The notes beneath the pieces are model-generated. The model did not search any database, was not told the DNA's origin, and saw only the letters and a program-made list of their open reading frames with translations. Made by a program: the position numbers and the translations under genes. A stretch of DNA of 56,236 nt, counting the filler, from Bipalium vagum (Eukaryota): assembly GCA_037834085.1 (NCBI GenBank). It is 3 parts of 3 records of this genome, joined end to end, with 100 filler letters (N's around TTAATTAATTAA, not from the genome) between each part and the next. Parts side by side here need not be neighbours in the genome. Positions count along the whole stretch, not along the records: positions 38,891 to 56,236 come from JBBMKC010070187.1; 2 more parts are not named here. One strand, written 5' to 3'. Shown here one piece after another: positions 38,791 to 52,034 of this stretch. The stretch's first letter is position 1, and each line of letters opens with the position of its first letter.

Positions 38791-38890
38791 NNNNNNNNNN
38801 NNNNNNNNNNNNNNNNNNNNNNNNNNNNNNNNNNTTAATTAATTAANNNNNNNNNNNNNNNNNNNNNNNNNNNNNNNNNNNNNNNNNNNN
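38791..38890. other. Artificial scaffold spacer (44N + TTAATTAATTAA + 44N)
   Basis: Same 100-nt structure as 18575-18674. Confidence 0.95.
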
Positions 38891-40249
38891 TTATTAATTT
38901 TATTTTTATTATTATATTATTATTATTAATTTTATTTTTATTATTATATTATTATTATTGTTAATTTATTTTATTAATGATTATTACTATTATTTTATTT
39001 CTGTTACCTGAAATGATAAATAATAATACTTAAATGTGATTTAGTAAAACAAAATTTTTCCCAAATCACCGCGACTTGGTTTGAAACAAAAATCTGTAAC
39101 ATAAACATTATTAATTCGTTACTTCAGCTAAACAAACAGAATCATTACAATTAATAATTTTGAAACTTTTTTCCTAGAAAATATATTTAAACATATTTCG
39201 TTTCAAGATTTCAAGACAGAAGGCAAAATTAATTGATTTAAACAATGTTAAACTTACCGAATTAACAAAAATCAAAAGGAAAAAATGAAATGGGAAAAGT
39301 TTGAAAAATTAATATTTAATGAAGATTCGTTTTCGACTAAAGAGGAACAAACATAAAAATTTTAAAATGCTTTGCTTTGTTTTAATGAATATCAAAGACA
39401 ATTACATTTTACATCTCAATTAGTGTAGTTAAAACAATAAAAAGAGGGGAAAGATTTTTGTTACTGTTTTGTTAAAAATCCTCTTAATTTTCTCCACTGG
39501 AATATCATTCTCATTTCAACCGTTTCCTCTCTATTATTGAGAATTGTTAATTTGCTTCTATTTTTGGTAAATCGCTGAATTGTGCCCCCTGCAAATCGTC
39601 GTTTGTCAATCAAAGTTTGAGGACATGAATCTCGAAATCTCAGTCAATCCCGTTTACTTGACGACTTTTCATAATATTGTCTCCGAAGAAGATTATTAGT
39701 CCCAATATGTGATTAAGCTGAATTATGATATTAATTAATCTATTAATTATACCACAACAATATTTTTGGGAAAAATAACGAATTTTTCACACAATGTTCT
39801 CAATAAATCTTATTTATCATGTTTAAGATATGTTTACCTGGTGTTGAGGACATCAATTTTTAGCTTTCTTTCACCGTAGATATAAATTGGGAAAGGGGAT
39901 CCTTTTATTATTTAATAATAATAATCAGTATTATTATTATTATTAGCAACAAACGGTTTGAAATCAATAAAAAAGACATTTTAATAACATAAATAACCTT
40001 AATTTACAAACTTATTTTATCAAACTACGGGATTTCAATCTATCATTATAAATTTTAGAAAATACTCTTCAATTTTAACATTAATTTATTATATTTTAGA
40101 ATACATTAATCAATATATTAATTAAATTCTGTAATACATACTCCATACTACCTACAAACCATAAAAAAGTGGATTTGTTTTTTTACAGTAAATACGAAAA
40201 AAAAGGTTATATTTTTCAAATATATCAACAATGATGTAATATTAAAAGA

Positions 40250-40690
40250 AGTCATTCATGTTCAATATTTACAGCCGCTCCTCTGGATCCAATAATTTTG
40301 TTGATGGTAGAAGATCTAATGCTGAAGAGTTAGTATCTGTCTATGACAGACAAAATTTCGACTTGTAGCACGGCGCACGATTCATCCAAGTTGTTGCACA
40401 TAATTTTTGACATTGTTTATTTAAAGAATGAAAAACTCCGCTATCATTACTGCTTGAGCCGGTTGGTTCTTAACAGTGACCGTTTGGAATTATACTGTTC
40501 CAAAACTCTTTAACGTTTAAACATTGTTTTTACCAACATGTGGACGAGCATTATTCATTTGAATAAAATGGTTTTTGAACCATTCCTTTTTGTTTTAAAG
40601 GGTCGGCATAATTTCATCACATGTCAATTTGTAAAAGATAGCAGAAAGCCATGTAGTCAAGTTTGCATTACCACTTAAACATTTTAGCCT
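40250..40690 (-). mobile_element. Decayed DD39D-like transposase C-terminal remnant
   Basis: Frameshifted FIQMNNARPHVGK (FIQQDNARPH), DSGVFHSL (DLGFFHSL) and NKIIGSRGAAVNIEH (II...G.N.Y.IPH). Confidence 0.5.
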
Positions 40691-41899
40691 CTTTATTATA
40701 AATATAAATAAAATAAGATTTTACAATTAAAAATTACCAAGGTTCTGTTTTATTTAGTCTTAATTTACTCAATTCGAAATCAGAGGAAGACGTTCAAGGT
40801 TATTTTGGAACTTATCATTGTGGATGGTCTTTTTGATAATCATTTCTTGTAAACATATAATTTTATAATACTCTTTAAGTAAAGAAACTTTATATCAGAC
40901 CACATATATGGAAAACAGAAAGGGAAAAGACCCCTTGAAGCCATTCTCCAAATGTATTCTACGTTAAAAAATTCTTCGATTTGGGAAATATTAAATTTTC
41001 ATTAAATTTTCATTAATTTTTTATTATTGATTTAATGAAGAAAATTAAAACAAATAAGTTGTCAATATTTTCTTGAAATCGATGTCAGCCCTTCATTTCT
41101 CTGCGCCCAGATGCAATATCAAATGATTATTATAATGAAAATACATAATATATTATAAAATAATATTATCTAATATTATAATGTTATCGTTTCGTAAAAA
41201 TTAATTATCTGAACAATGAAATATTATTGGATTTTTTGTTTAAATTGTGAACAAATGTTTATGACATTATTTTAATTCCCAACTGAGTTTGTTGGGATTC
41301 TATGATAAGAATGGAAATCCTGAATTCTCGAAGATTACTGGAACAAGATTTTTGAAGGACGGTTTTATAGGGAGGACTAGTCCACCCTATGTGGTCAATA
41401 GGTGATGGTATAGGTATAGATTGCCTGTCTAATAGTTAACCTAGGTGAAGATTGGGTTATCTTTTAATAATGGTAGTTTTCTTAACTGTCCTTCATCTTA
41501 TTTCAAAGTCAGATTAATCAATCTGGTGGTGATATTAAAGGATTATAAATTATTACATTTCGGAAGTTTAAGTAGTTACCCTAGACATCTCGCTTTCGTG
41601 TTTACTTATGTTTCATATATATCAGGTCACAAATGCTTAGCTTTCCAAGCTTACGTAGGGATGATAAAAGAAATTATGTAATACACCCCACCATTGCACA
41701 ATCTCGTAACAAAAATGTGCAATGCAACCATTCAGTCCTTCTCTCAGACAATTTTATTCAACGGTTCAAACTACAACGAGATTCAATTATAAAACTGAAA
41801 TAAGATGTTGGAAATTGAGACATTAAGAACATTGTAGCACTAACAACCTCACGTATCGTATTTGTGTCATTTTGACTTATTATCTGTGAGAAAAACAAA

Positions 41900-42430
41900 A
41901 TCTTCTCCAAAATCGTAAGGGAAACTGTCACCTCCTCATTATCATTATGAACTGAAGTATCGATACTTTTTAATCCAGTAAAATTGTTATTAAAGTCAAA
42001 TCAGGTTGAGGGGAAAGTATTGTTGATTTTTTAAGCAAAAAATATTCAGTCCGAATGAAGTTTAATAATTTAGAAGACAATCTTTAAAATGTTCCGTGAT
42101 ATAGAGCAGATTCGTCAAGTTATTCTCCATTGATATTACTCTAAAGATGCTATTCAAACAGAAAAGATAGCTTTCACAGGCCATAGTTTACTGAAAAGTC
42201 TTTAGGCTCTATTTCAGGAAAAGTCTTTCAGCGTGACTTTTATTTCTTCCGATACCTTAAATAATTTCTTCGTAGCAGGTATTTTTGAATCAAATGACAC
42301 AGTGATAGCAATTGGACAACATTACCTTGAAAAGCTTGCAAGAAATTACACCTTAGTCTTCAAATTGAATTAATGATGAAACAGTGGACTAAGTGTATAG
42401 CACCGAAAGGAGAGTATTTTTATTGTAAAA
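41900..42430 (+). mobile_element. Highly decayed mariner (Himar-like) C-terminal remnant
   Basis: DFISSDTLNNFFVAGIFESNDTVIAIGQHYLE and KQWTKCIAPKGEYF resemble DFYLFPNLKKFLAGKRFESNDEVIAA and RWTKCI.LKGEYV. Left boundary uncertain. Confidence 0.6.
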
Positions 42431-42516
42431 TGTTTTTGATGTACTTTCACATTCTTTCATTTTCTGGTTAAATTAGCTTAAATCTTATGACTCAAACCAC
42501 TTGTTTAAAGAAATTT

Positions 42517-42534
42517 CACACACACACACACACA
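42517..42534. repeat. (CA)n microsatellite
   Basis: Short dinucleotide run. Confidence 0.9.
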
Positions 42535-44220
42535 TACAAGCAAAAATGTCCTTCAACTATCAATGATAAACAAGTATTGGAATGGACTGATCATGATTAC
42601 GTCAGTCATCACAAAGCAATGAGTGAATAGCAAAATAATTGGGAATTTGACGGGATTATTTAAGTTACCTTTAATTACTGTTCAGCTCTTACAGATTATT
42701 ATCATATATGATATTTATGATTTTTAGAAGGCATCGAAAACCAACTGGAAATATTTCAACTAACAGTCCAAGAATTCTTTATTATTGATGGCATCATGAA
42801 ACTACTAATCAATGAAGATAGATATTTAATCATTACGGTGTTTGTGTAATTATTGTCACATTTATTTGTGTGACTTTAGAGATTTCAATTTTCTCCTGTT
42901 CAAACAAATATCTTTAAAGAAATAGTTTCCGATTAGTGAAAATAATTACTTTTTATAAGACGACATTAAGCGGATGTCCAATCTGGAAGATATCTTAAAC
43001 TGTATTCATTTATCACCAAAGGCGCTTAAGACCTGATGAAAAAATTTTGTGAGACCCAAAAGAAAAGGGATAATGGAAAATGCTTCGTGAAAAAGAACAT
43101 GTTAATATCGATTCATAATTAATGATTTTCACACAAAAAACACCAAGTCTTCTGAGGTTCACATTCCATATGTAACAATCTTAAGAACTCATTTAAACAA
43201 AAGATTTACCAAAGAATAAAATAAAAAAGAACAGAATAATATTAAAAAAATCATTAATTTTAAATATTTTTCATAAAATCTGTCACGATTTAAACCAATC
43301 GAAAAATATCATTCATAATCGAATCTTGGAAATATTATTTGGAAAATTATTATTTATTAAATAAAAATTATTTATATTTAAAAATAAAGCGAATGAAATT
43401 GTGCATCCACGACGAGAATGTTTTTTTGATGAAGTTTGTTAGGCTCGTTGAAGTGATTCTTTGACATTATTTACTTCTCCTTCATATTTTCCTGTTTTTA
43501 GCCTGGAGGGGTTGGCTTTTCATTAATTATAATGATTAACTCTATTTTGATTCATGGAGTAGATTCAGTGGTGAATGACTGACTTCGGTTTTCCCCGTCT
43601 GGATATTTCAATAATACTGCTGTGGTTTGAGATTTACTTTCCTCCTCGAGTCTTAATGCAGTTTATTTTAATCAATCAATCAAACAAAAAAAGCAAAATT
43701 AAAACAAACCCTCACCAGACAAAACTGTACTTATAAGCGAATGTGATATGCACATTGCACGAAATGTGTTCTCAGAGACAATGTATATCATAACAATACA
43801 AGAATGATAGCTGCTCAACATTGACAATAATCAATGGCAAAATGGAAGCATTTCTTATTAAATAAGTAAAGTTGAACTTTTCAGATCAACATTACTTTGA
43901 TCTATCTTACTTTGACTCGGGTAGCTTGCCTCCACGTTGTCTACCCATAATTCCGAGTTCTGTGGTTTGTGGAGCCAAAAGCATATTTTTATAACCCCCA
44001 CTATATTATTTGACTTTTTAAAATCTTTTTAAAGTTTCTTTCTTTCGTGTCTTTATTGAAAGACCTATTTGAGAATTCATGAAGAAAAACCTCTGCTGTA
44101 TGGTTTTACCCGTGGTTTTCCGAATAAATAATTTGTGATAAAACTTTATTCATATATTTTTATTATAACATGACATGCCATGGTCAAAGAAGTTATTAAA
44201 AATGCAAAACTGTTCAATTT

Positions 44221-44222
<2 letters not shown>

Positions 44223-44283
<61 letters not shown>
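44223..44283. repeat. (AAT)n microsatellite
   Basis: Perfect run; it produces the poly-Leu ORF 44150-44377. Confidence 0.95.
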
Positions 44284-44286
<3 letters not shown>

Positions 44287-44514
44287 TATATAATTTAATA
44301 CGGAATTTACATAATTTTATAAAATGATGTACGTGAAATGAGTTAAATATAACGAGCACCCAAAAAAAAACCACCAAATGCAGTAGTCTGAAAGTTAAGA
44401 CAAATCTTCACAAAATTTATTAACTCTGTTATGGGTGCAAATAAATAATGCAGATTTTTAAATAACAAAAGTATGATAATTTCAAAAGATACTTGAAAAA
44501 ATATTTATTCAAAG

Positions 44515-44780
44515 AAATAGCGCTTGTTAAGTCGCATTATCTCCCATCTTTCAGTTAATTTGTGGATACCATCATAAAATTACTTTTGTTTTAAGGCAAG
44601 CAATTCAAAAATAGTGCTCAACAAAGTCAATGTGACAATGACTGGAACAGATGAAAATCTGAAGGGGCAAAATCTACTGAAAACGCGGGTGGGTGAGTAC
44701 TTCCCTAATAATAACTTTTAACATAATTTTAACTGCTTTAGAAGTGTGTGGTGGCGTGTTGTCATGGAGAAAAATTAATT
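44515..44780 (-). mobile_element. Mariner (Mos1-like) C-terminal remnant
   Basis: FLHDNTPPHTSKAVK..HPPAFSVDFAPSDFHLFQSLSH. Confidence 0.85.
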
Positions 44781-44879
44781 TGTCATATTTTTTGGTCTAT
44801 TTTACAGGTTTAACAATTAAACATTGATTCAGCTGGACTGTTTGGTTTTGATAGCTTTCAAATTTAACTGTTTCACCTG

Positions 44880-45308
44880 GTTTGACAAGCTTTGATCAAA
44901 AGGTGTAATTAATATTCACTTTGTCCAAGGAAACATCGACTCTCATTACTACTGTGCACTGCTTAGTGATTTGAAAAAGCTGTAATGGAAGCCAAAGAAT
45001 CAAGACCTATTTCTCTTCATGGATAATGCTCTAGTTCATACAGCCCTCTTAAGTGTGAATGTCATACGGGAAAAGGCTTAGTACGGGTTTCACATCAACC
45101 TTACAGCCCTGATTTGGATCCAGTGATTTTATCTTGTTTTAGCAGTTAAAGTAGTATCTGTGAAGTTAGAGAATTGAGTCTAAAGATGATCTCATACGAA
45201 TAATTCAAGATTTTTTCAATGAAAAAACTACAACGTTCTTCGAAAATGGTCTCTTTTCTTTGATAAATCGATAGACAAAATGCCGGGTGGTTATATAGAA
45301 AGTGATTG
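44880..45308 (+). mobile_element. Mariner C-terminal remnant
   Basis: FLFMDNALVHTA..HQPYSPDLDP/SDFILF*QLK*YL..IQDFFNEKTTTFFENGLFSLINR*TKC. Confidence 0.85.
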
Positions 45309-45646
45309 AACTTATTTATCTATGTAGTTTACTTGTCCTAATTACAAAGTTTCGTTTCAGTAGCGTTTTTATTTATGTACCAATCTAAGGACTTTTTATC
45401 CACACCACGTACATGTCAATAATATTGTATCTATTAATAAGCATTGTTGCTCAGTTTTCCTAAAATGAACCCAATTGATATTCTTTGAGTGATTTAGCAG
45501 AAGCTTTGAAAACCATCACTTACAAGTAGAAACGAGCTTATTAATAAGATCCTTGTCATCTACTTTCGACATAATAAAGTGAATTCTAAATTAAAAGATA
45601 TTAACAAATCTGGTAAATGACATGCCGCGTCGTATTGTGGGTATAA

Positions 45647-46192
45647 CAGAGTTATGCAAGTTTATATTTGCATCTAATAAATATTATAATATGTTTAGAG
45701 GCATGTTTGTTTATTATCTTTATCTTACTATTATTTTTGTAAATTGAATAAATAATCTTTGTTTTATCAATCTGATTGTTTAATTTTTGTCAATATTTTT
45801 AAATTATTTAAAATTATGCAACGCAAACAGAGAAAAGAGTCACGATGGAAACATTCAATGCCATAAAAATAATGGGTCAATCAGGGTGGTATAAAATCCA
45901 GGAAATTGCTGCTACATTTGAATTAAATCGAAATACAGTAAGTAATTTGACAAGATTGTCTGAATCAGGAGGTACATTTATTCCTGCGGCCGAAAAGAAG
46001 AAAAAATGGAATTGTAAAAATGCAACATTTACATAACAGCCTTACGTAACATTTAAGGCCAGTAGAAGGGAACCTTTTATATACAAATGTGTCTATAATA
46101 AAATGTATTTTTATAATTTTTCTCGACTTTTTTTATAATTTGTTTTGCTATATAATATTTATTAGATGGAAATATAAACTTGCATAACCCTA
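45647..46192 (+). mobile_element. Internally deleted Tc1/IS630-like element with 42-bp TIRs and an N-terminal HTH
   Basis: 45647-45688 and 46151-46192 are inverted repeats (3 mismatches in 42), with TA after the right end. Internal ORF 45845-46036 contains IQEIAATFELNRNTVSNL (HTH-like). Confidence 0.8.
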
Positions 46193-47911
46193 TAAAATGG
46201 AGGTCACAAAAAGTTTTGAATAATATGCTAATTAAAGTTTTTTAGTTTTCTACTAGAACATTTTTTGTATTTATTGACTTTTTCTTTAATTTAAACCAAA
46301 AGTAAAATATATATAACGTGATCAAACTAATATGCTCAATACTGTAATAAATTTTTAAAGAAAGCGTCGTAAATAATATCTTTGAACGGTTATTATTTTA
46401 ATCACACTCAATAAATATTTGCTTATATATATTGATTGTTTTATGTGGAAAAATTCATGGACTTCTTAATACTATTTCCGTAACAGTCTAAGGACTTTTA
46501 ATACAAACCATGCACATTGATTTGATGTATACCGAATTGATATTATCGAGCTGTAAGCCTGTAGCCTTGAAAAGTTCCCAATTACTGAATATTATATTTC
46601 ATACGGATTCCAGTAAGGATTAAATACGAAATTGTAGAATTTATTGTATTTCTTCAATACTTAAATCAGAATATCCCCAATCATCATACTAAAAATCGTT
46701 TTTCCAGGAGAAAATTTTGACTTTTTTATTTTATTTTTTCCCATAAAATAAATAAAATCTCGGTTTATCAAAATTTACGGGGGAGACTTTCAGACCAAAA
46801 CCAGCCGAGTCCATTTTTATCTGTCATACAATGTGGAAATCTTCACATAATCAATAAAATAATTAAAATAAATTAAATTGATTAAATTAATTAACGTCGA
46901 ACTTTCTTCATTGGGTATCATTGTAAAATGGGAATTTTGAAATAATATCCACAAAAAAGTATTGGCCGTTTCTCCTTGAGAATTAAACTTCATTTTCGAC
47001 CAGTGGAAAAAGAATCCCGTCTGAACCTTAACGTTTCATCAATTTTCCATTCGATTTTTCTTATCTATCATAAAAATAATAATAATAATTTTTCTTAATA
47101 AATGATGGTGAAAAAATTGCGTTTTTTCACCAAATTATATAAAACTATTTCTTGGGCCTAAGTGAAAAATATTCCCGTTTTTTATGTTGACGAGAAAAAA
47201 AAGAACATTAATAAATTTTTATTTTTTTTAAATTAAAAGAATTCGACAATAAAATAAAGACTGAATTCAATTTTGGAAATTTTCTGACACAAAAAAAATA
47301 TCTCCGAATGATAAAGAACAATTAGACTTTTTTTTCTTTTTTTTTTCTTTTCAAAAGGAAACTTTGATTAAAAAAAGATATAATATTTTTATAACAACAA
47401 TCATACAATATAATGTCGACGCTTTTTCCCCGAACGGGCCTGGGAAAACATCGATTAATATTGGTGATAAAAAGTATATATGGAAAAATAAAATATCATA
47501 GGGGTCAGCGTTCGGTGATGATGCTTCACAGAGACGTTAATTACGGAGGGGGACCCGTCTAAATAAACTGATAAATGGATAATATGCAAAATGGCTTTTT
47601 TATTAATATTTTATTTTTTTTGAAAATAATTTCAGTGCACGAAGAAAGGAAGTTTTGATTTTTTTTCGTTTTAATTTTTCAAAGGGAAATTTTTTTTATT
47701 TATTTAAACATTTTTTATTAACGGAAAAAATTCATTTGAAATCGGTTTTTTTCTGGTGGAGAAAAAAAACTACGATCTTGCTACTGATTTATAATTGGAA
47801 AAAGAAATCAATTATATAATTAAATTAGAAATTGTTTATTATTCGGCAATACGGAAAATAAACGGCATAAATTGATATTAAGAGTGAAACATAAATACCA
47901 TCTGGTCGGGC

Positions 47912-47996
47912 ATGGTAAATGACATCGAGGTCCTCACTCCGATCCACAGAGCCCGGCGCAGACTGAACCGCGAAAGTGTGACTGGAAGTCCGTTAG
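47912..47996 (+). CDS. Candidate short coding exon MVNDIEVLTPIHRARRRLNRESVTGSPL
   Basis: Strongly GC-rich island with an ATG and a G|GTTAAC donor (phase 1). Open minus-strand readings also exist. Confidence 0.25.
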
Positions 47997-50900
47997 GTTA
48001 ACATATCTTTCCCCAATTGTAACATTGGAAAAAATAATAAATTTATTGATATTTGTATTTAATTAAATTAAATTTGTTTTTTGTTTGTATTTTATGTTTC
48101 GATTTTGTATTTGTTTTATGTCACAAGCACAGGAAACAAGCTACATTGAAAATTAAAATATTTCAGATATTTTATAATATTTTCAAATTATTTCATAATA
48201 TAATTTTTAATAATTATATTTTAATTATTAATAAGTTATTATTTAAAAAAATAATTTTTATTTCATAGTCGCTTTTTTTAAAATTTTATTTTTTAATAAT
48301 ATTAATTTATACTTATAAAAATATAAGCAAATATTTAAAAATATAAAAAATAATTAAATATAAATGTAAAAAAGTAATAAAATAAAATATAAAAGAAATC
48401 AAATAATAATATGATANNNNNNNNNNNNNNNNNNNNNNNNNNNNNNNNNNNNNNNNNNNNNNNNNNNNNNNNNNNNNNNNNNNNNNNNNNNNNNNNNNNN
48501 NNNNNNNNNNNNNNNNNNNNNNNNNNNNNNNNNNNNNNNNNNNNNNNNNNNNNNNNNNNNNNNNNNNNNNNNNNNNNNNNNNNNNNNNNNNNNNNNNNNN
48601 NNNNNNNNNNNNNNNNNNNNNNNNNNNNNNNNNNNNNNNNNNNNNNNNNNNNNNNNNNNNNNNNNNNNNNNNNCACACTAGGAATAAAGATATTAAATAT
48701 TTAATAAGGTTATAATCACTAAAATGACTGTCATTGTTTAGAAAAATTGATTGAAAAGTTCAACTCAACTATTTATCTTCTTCATAGTTTAAGGTTAGAG
48801 TATTTATAATTGCATTATATATTATATATTATTTTTGAATTCCATTTACAACTTACAACGGTTTTATGCCATCTCCAATTATCAGGAGTCCAAAACAATA
48901 TTTGAGTCTTCTACAGATTAATCTAAATTTTCAGTCATTTCCATTATTGCAAAGCGCGGACGGAGATTATTGTAATATACTTAGGCTCTTGTCATTTATT
49001 ATTAGTTATTAAAAATCCCGAAATCCTCCTAATGCATGTTGCACCCTTATTGAAATTATTCAATTTATTTCAGCCTAATCTGTCTGTTCAATTACTTACA
49101 CTTTCAGTCTTCTTACATTTTCATACATTACAATTTTAGGAAAGAATAATTAAAAGAAATGACATAATTAAAAATGTTGAAATAGTAAATTATTTTATCA
49201 TTTTAATTTTCAACTTCTAATAATACTGTTTTAATTGTTTATTAAATAAATGGAAAAAAAATATAGTTATTCATTATTTAATTTTTACAAAGATTTACTA
49301 AATAAAACTAAAAATCTGATTTATCAAAATTGAAGAAAAATATTGTAGAAAATTATTTATTTTATTTTTCTATTTTAATTTCACTATCGATTAAAAATTC
49401 AATTACATTATCTGGTTTTAAATAACTCTTCATGCAAAGCAAGACGAAATGTAAAAATCGATCATAAAGAGCTTTCACTGGCAAAATATGTTCTGTGACA
49501 TAAAGATAGTAAAAAAAAGCAATGTTGATAAAAAGAAATTCCTCACAGGCTATCAGTCTTTTTGAATTTTTCTAAAAAATCGATGAAATGTTTTAATTCA
49601 AAAATAAATCGATCTTTTTATCATTAAAAAAATATATATATTCAGACAATGGATAATACGGTATTTGCTGATGATTGGTTTAACCCTGAACTTTCCATAA
49701 AAATAATAATATTATCATAAATTATTTTTTTCGTTATTTTAAATTATTAAATCTTATTAAAATTATTTTTACGTAATTTATAAATAATAATAAAAAATAT
49801 TAAAAATGGTTTTAAATGCATTTGGAAAATATTTTTTAAAACATTAATCATAGATTTAATATAGTGAAGTGATTTTTTTTGAAAATTTCATCTTAAAAGA
49901 AAACTTTTTAAAATATTTTTAAAATATTTTTTTAATTACTTTTTGGTAAACTTTTTATAGCTTGCTGTCTTATAAAACACTTATTACAAATTAATATTCT
50001 TGACGAAAATGGTGCCAATTTTTTAATTGATAGTTATAAGTTAATCAAGAGTAATTTATTAATATTTTTTCTTTCATTCTATAATTAATTGCGTTTAATT
50101 ACTGTTAATTAAAAAATTGGTTATTTCAGATTACTCGTAGAATGGAAAAAGATAATGGTAGTAGTTTAAATAGTAATAAATANNNNNNNNNNNNNNNNNN
50201 NNNNNNNNNNNNNNNNNNNNNNNNNNNNNNNNNNNNNNNNNNNNNNNNNNNNNNNNNNNNNNNNNNNNNNNNNNNNNNNNNNNNNNNNNNNNNNNNNNNN
50301 NNNNNNNNNNNNNNNNNNNNNNNNNNNNNNNNNNNNNNNNNNTATCAAAAATAGTAATACATAGAAATAATAAAAATAATAAAAAATATTATTAAAAATA
50401 TTTTACTGAATTACAAATAAAAATATGAATGAGTAACATAAATTATCTTTTATTGCTGATCCGATCACGTATCATAATTTCACTGTCTGAAAACTGAGAA
50501 ATCTTCAGTGTACATTATATATAAAATTCCGTATTTTTTGTTTTATCGAGTTCAACTTTATATAATTTTTTGAAAATATTATTACAGACAAAATATATAT
50601 GCTTTGCTTCTCAAATGAATTCATTAATAATTTACCAAATCAGTCGATCGGAAAGGTACAACAAAATAAAAGTTTGTTTTGATCGCAAACTCAAAGGCGA
50701 TCGTTTTGTTTTTGAAAGAGAAATATATAATATTTTTATCTCTAAAGTATAAAGTTATTATTAAACATTGTATAGAATATTTTATATATTTAAAACTATT
50801 TCCAAGATCATATATGATTTTTTTTCACTTTATTCCGATATCAAAAACAGTTTTTATCTGGAAAAATAATCTCATGCCCGTTCATTCGTTACCGAACCAT

Positions 50901-51448
50901 TAGTATTTTTGTACGATTTGGCAAATAATATTATATACGTAAGTATATGATCAAAAAATATAACGAAAAAATAATTAAAGTGAATTATTATTATTTAATA
51001 ATAAGAATATTTTTTCAATAATATTTTTTTTCTTATAAAAATAAATAATATAATTAAAAATAATTATTAATTTATATTTTTTTGAATTTGGAGCTTTTTA
51101 AAAGTTGGAAATTTATTGGCCAGTGTAATCTTTTAAATTCATACTAAAGATTCGATCTGGACTCCATAAACCTTTACATCATCTTACGTTTTCTTAAGAA
51201 ATTGATCTTCATGTGATCCTTTTATTATTTCTTCAAAAACCGAAAATAAATAATTTTATCAAGTTTTTTTGTATCAGAAGGGTTTTAATTGTTTTTTTCT
51301 TTTTGTTAGCTGCAATATCAACAAAGTCAGTCATCGTTTTAAATAAGTAATTTTGAATGCCTTTTTAAATTATAATACTTCAGCAAATTTCCAATCATTT
51401 ACAATATAATATATTGTGCCCTTACTCATTTCAAGAAAAATTATTTTA

Positions 51449-51514
51449 AAATAAATATTAAAATTAAATTAAATAAATATTAAAATTAAATTAAATAAAT
51501 ATTAAAATTAAATT
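51449..51514. repeat. 22-nt AT-only tandem repeat x3
   Basis: aaataaatattaaaattaaatt repeated three times. Confidence 0.85.
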
Positions 51515-51642
51515 TATTAATTAATTACAATTAAAATTAGGCACGGTGTAAAAATTCAAAAATTAGAAATCAGTTAAAATGCTCTTTCTATTAAAACCTA
51601 ATACAAATAAGACCCCTTAAAAGATTTTCCAAATGCGACACC

Positions 51643-52034
51643 CGTAGCCAAATAAATAAATGTTTTTTTTCATTTATTTGCAGGGTTCCATTTACCTCAT
51701 TCGGTAAACCTTGACCCCTTGATGCCAAATGCAAAAAAATGCATTAATAAAAATCAAATTAATGCCAACTTAAGTTTTTGAGTTATTTCTCAATGCCTTT
51801 TATACCTTTCTAATTTGGATAAGCAGACATAAATGTATTTTTATACAATAAAATTTCTCCCTATATTTTCAGAAGAAGAGAGACTGAAAAACGTAGCATG
51901 AAATCGTATATCTTTCATGTTTCGTGATTATAATTATTAGTCACAATTAATTATCAATATCATTATTATTATTATTTTTCATGTGTAATTATTTATAAAT
52001 ATTGACAAATGGGTTTATTATTTATTTGGCTACG
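51643..52034. mobile_element. Probable MITE, about 392 bp
   Basis: Perfect 17-bp inverted repeats cgtagccaaataaataa (51643-51659) and ttatttatttggctacg (52018-52034); TA follows the right end. Confidence 0.55.

Noticed and set aside
44150-44377. Poly-Leu ORF resembling a signal peptide or TM segment
   Set aside because: Translation of an (AAT)n microsatellite.
48313-50354. ORFs made largely of X (also 6712-7197 in part and 18400-18630)
   Set aside because: Artefacts of N gaps and AT-rich flanks.
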